A DNA stretch of 64,000 nt from positions 224,001 to 288,000 of the forward strand of contig CBDDBZ010000039.1 in NCBI GenBank assembly GCA_965225945.1, written 5' to 3'. Both the position numbers and the translations under genes were made by a program. The stretch is from Alphaproteobacteria bacterium. Its GTDB lineage: Bacteria > Pseudomonadota > Alphaproteobacteria > GCA-2731375. Of this stretch, positions 63,804 to 64,000 are shown in pieces. The notes below the pieces were generated by a model. It worked only from the letters and a program-made list of their open reading frames with translations. It did not search any database and was not told the DNA's origin. The stretch's first letter is position 1. Each line of letters begins with the position of its first letter.

Positions 63804-64000
63804 ATGACGTACCATGTTATCCAGAACGAAACGAAGACCGCGACGCAGCGTGCCGGGGGCCGGGCGGCGGCGCTGCTGGCAACAGCGCTCGCCGCCTTGA
63901 TGCTGGCCGGCTGCGTCACCGAGGGCGGCCCCAAGCAGGGCATCGGAACCATCCTGGGGGCCGCCGGCGGTGGCCTGTTGGGTGCCCAGTTCGGCAGCGA
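63804..64000 (+). CDS. Glycine-zipper lipoprotein (17-kDa surface antigen type), 5' part
   Basis: Lipobox LAGC followed by KQGIGTILGAAGGGLLGAQFG; runs off the window. Confidence 0.8.
   Translation, partial: MTYHVIQNETKTATQRAGGRAAALLATALAALMLAGCVTEGGPKQGIGTILGAAGGGLLGAQFGS

Overview
High-GC alphaproteobacterial chromosome segment. The core backbone is panE-like, urc1-urc4-upp, fabD-fabG-acpP-fabF-mltG, a GcvT-family oxidoreductase, accA, an aconitase X pair, proC, gpsA, mutT, argJ, a BisC-like molybdoenzyme, greA and carB. It is heavily invaded by mobile DNA: IS5, two kinds of IS1595, IS66, IS3, IS1182, a tyrosine-integrase/IS91-transposase element and RAYT (Y1) remnants, and it contains many fresh pseudogenes. 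Main observations: (1) a transposase-less 755-bp cassette in three copies, with 43-bp TIRs, separate 8-bp target duplications, an NrdR-box-like motif in each TIR and an LRV/HEAT-repeat passenger gene; (2) a lower-GC island (about 13.9-21.8 kb) in which RAYT ends or remnants alternate with co-oriented foreign genes, including an HhH-GPD glycosylase + YaaA-like pair; (3) three different IS1595-family elements at one 13-bp site in a single gene, with chimeric sequence that suggests collapsed haplotypes; (4) four in-frame amber codons in otherwise intact IS5, IS66 and IS1182 transposases, three at expected Tyr positions; (5) triplication of the hairpin end of the IS91-like element and a 14-bp target duplication around an IS3. 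No rRNA, tRNA or CRISPR array was seen. Family calls come from motif recognition only; no searches were run.
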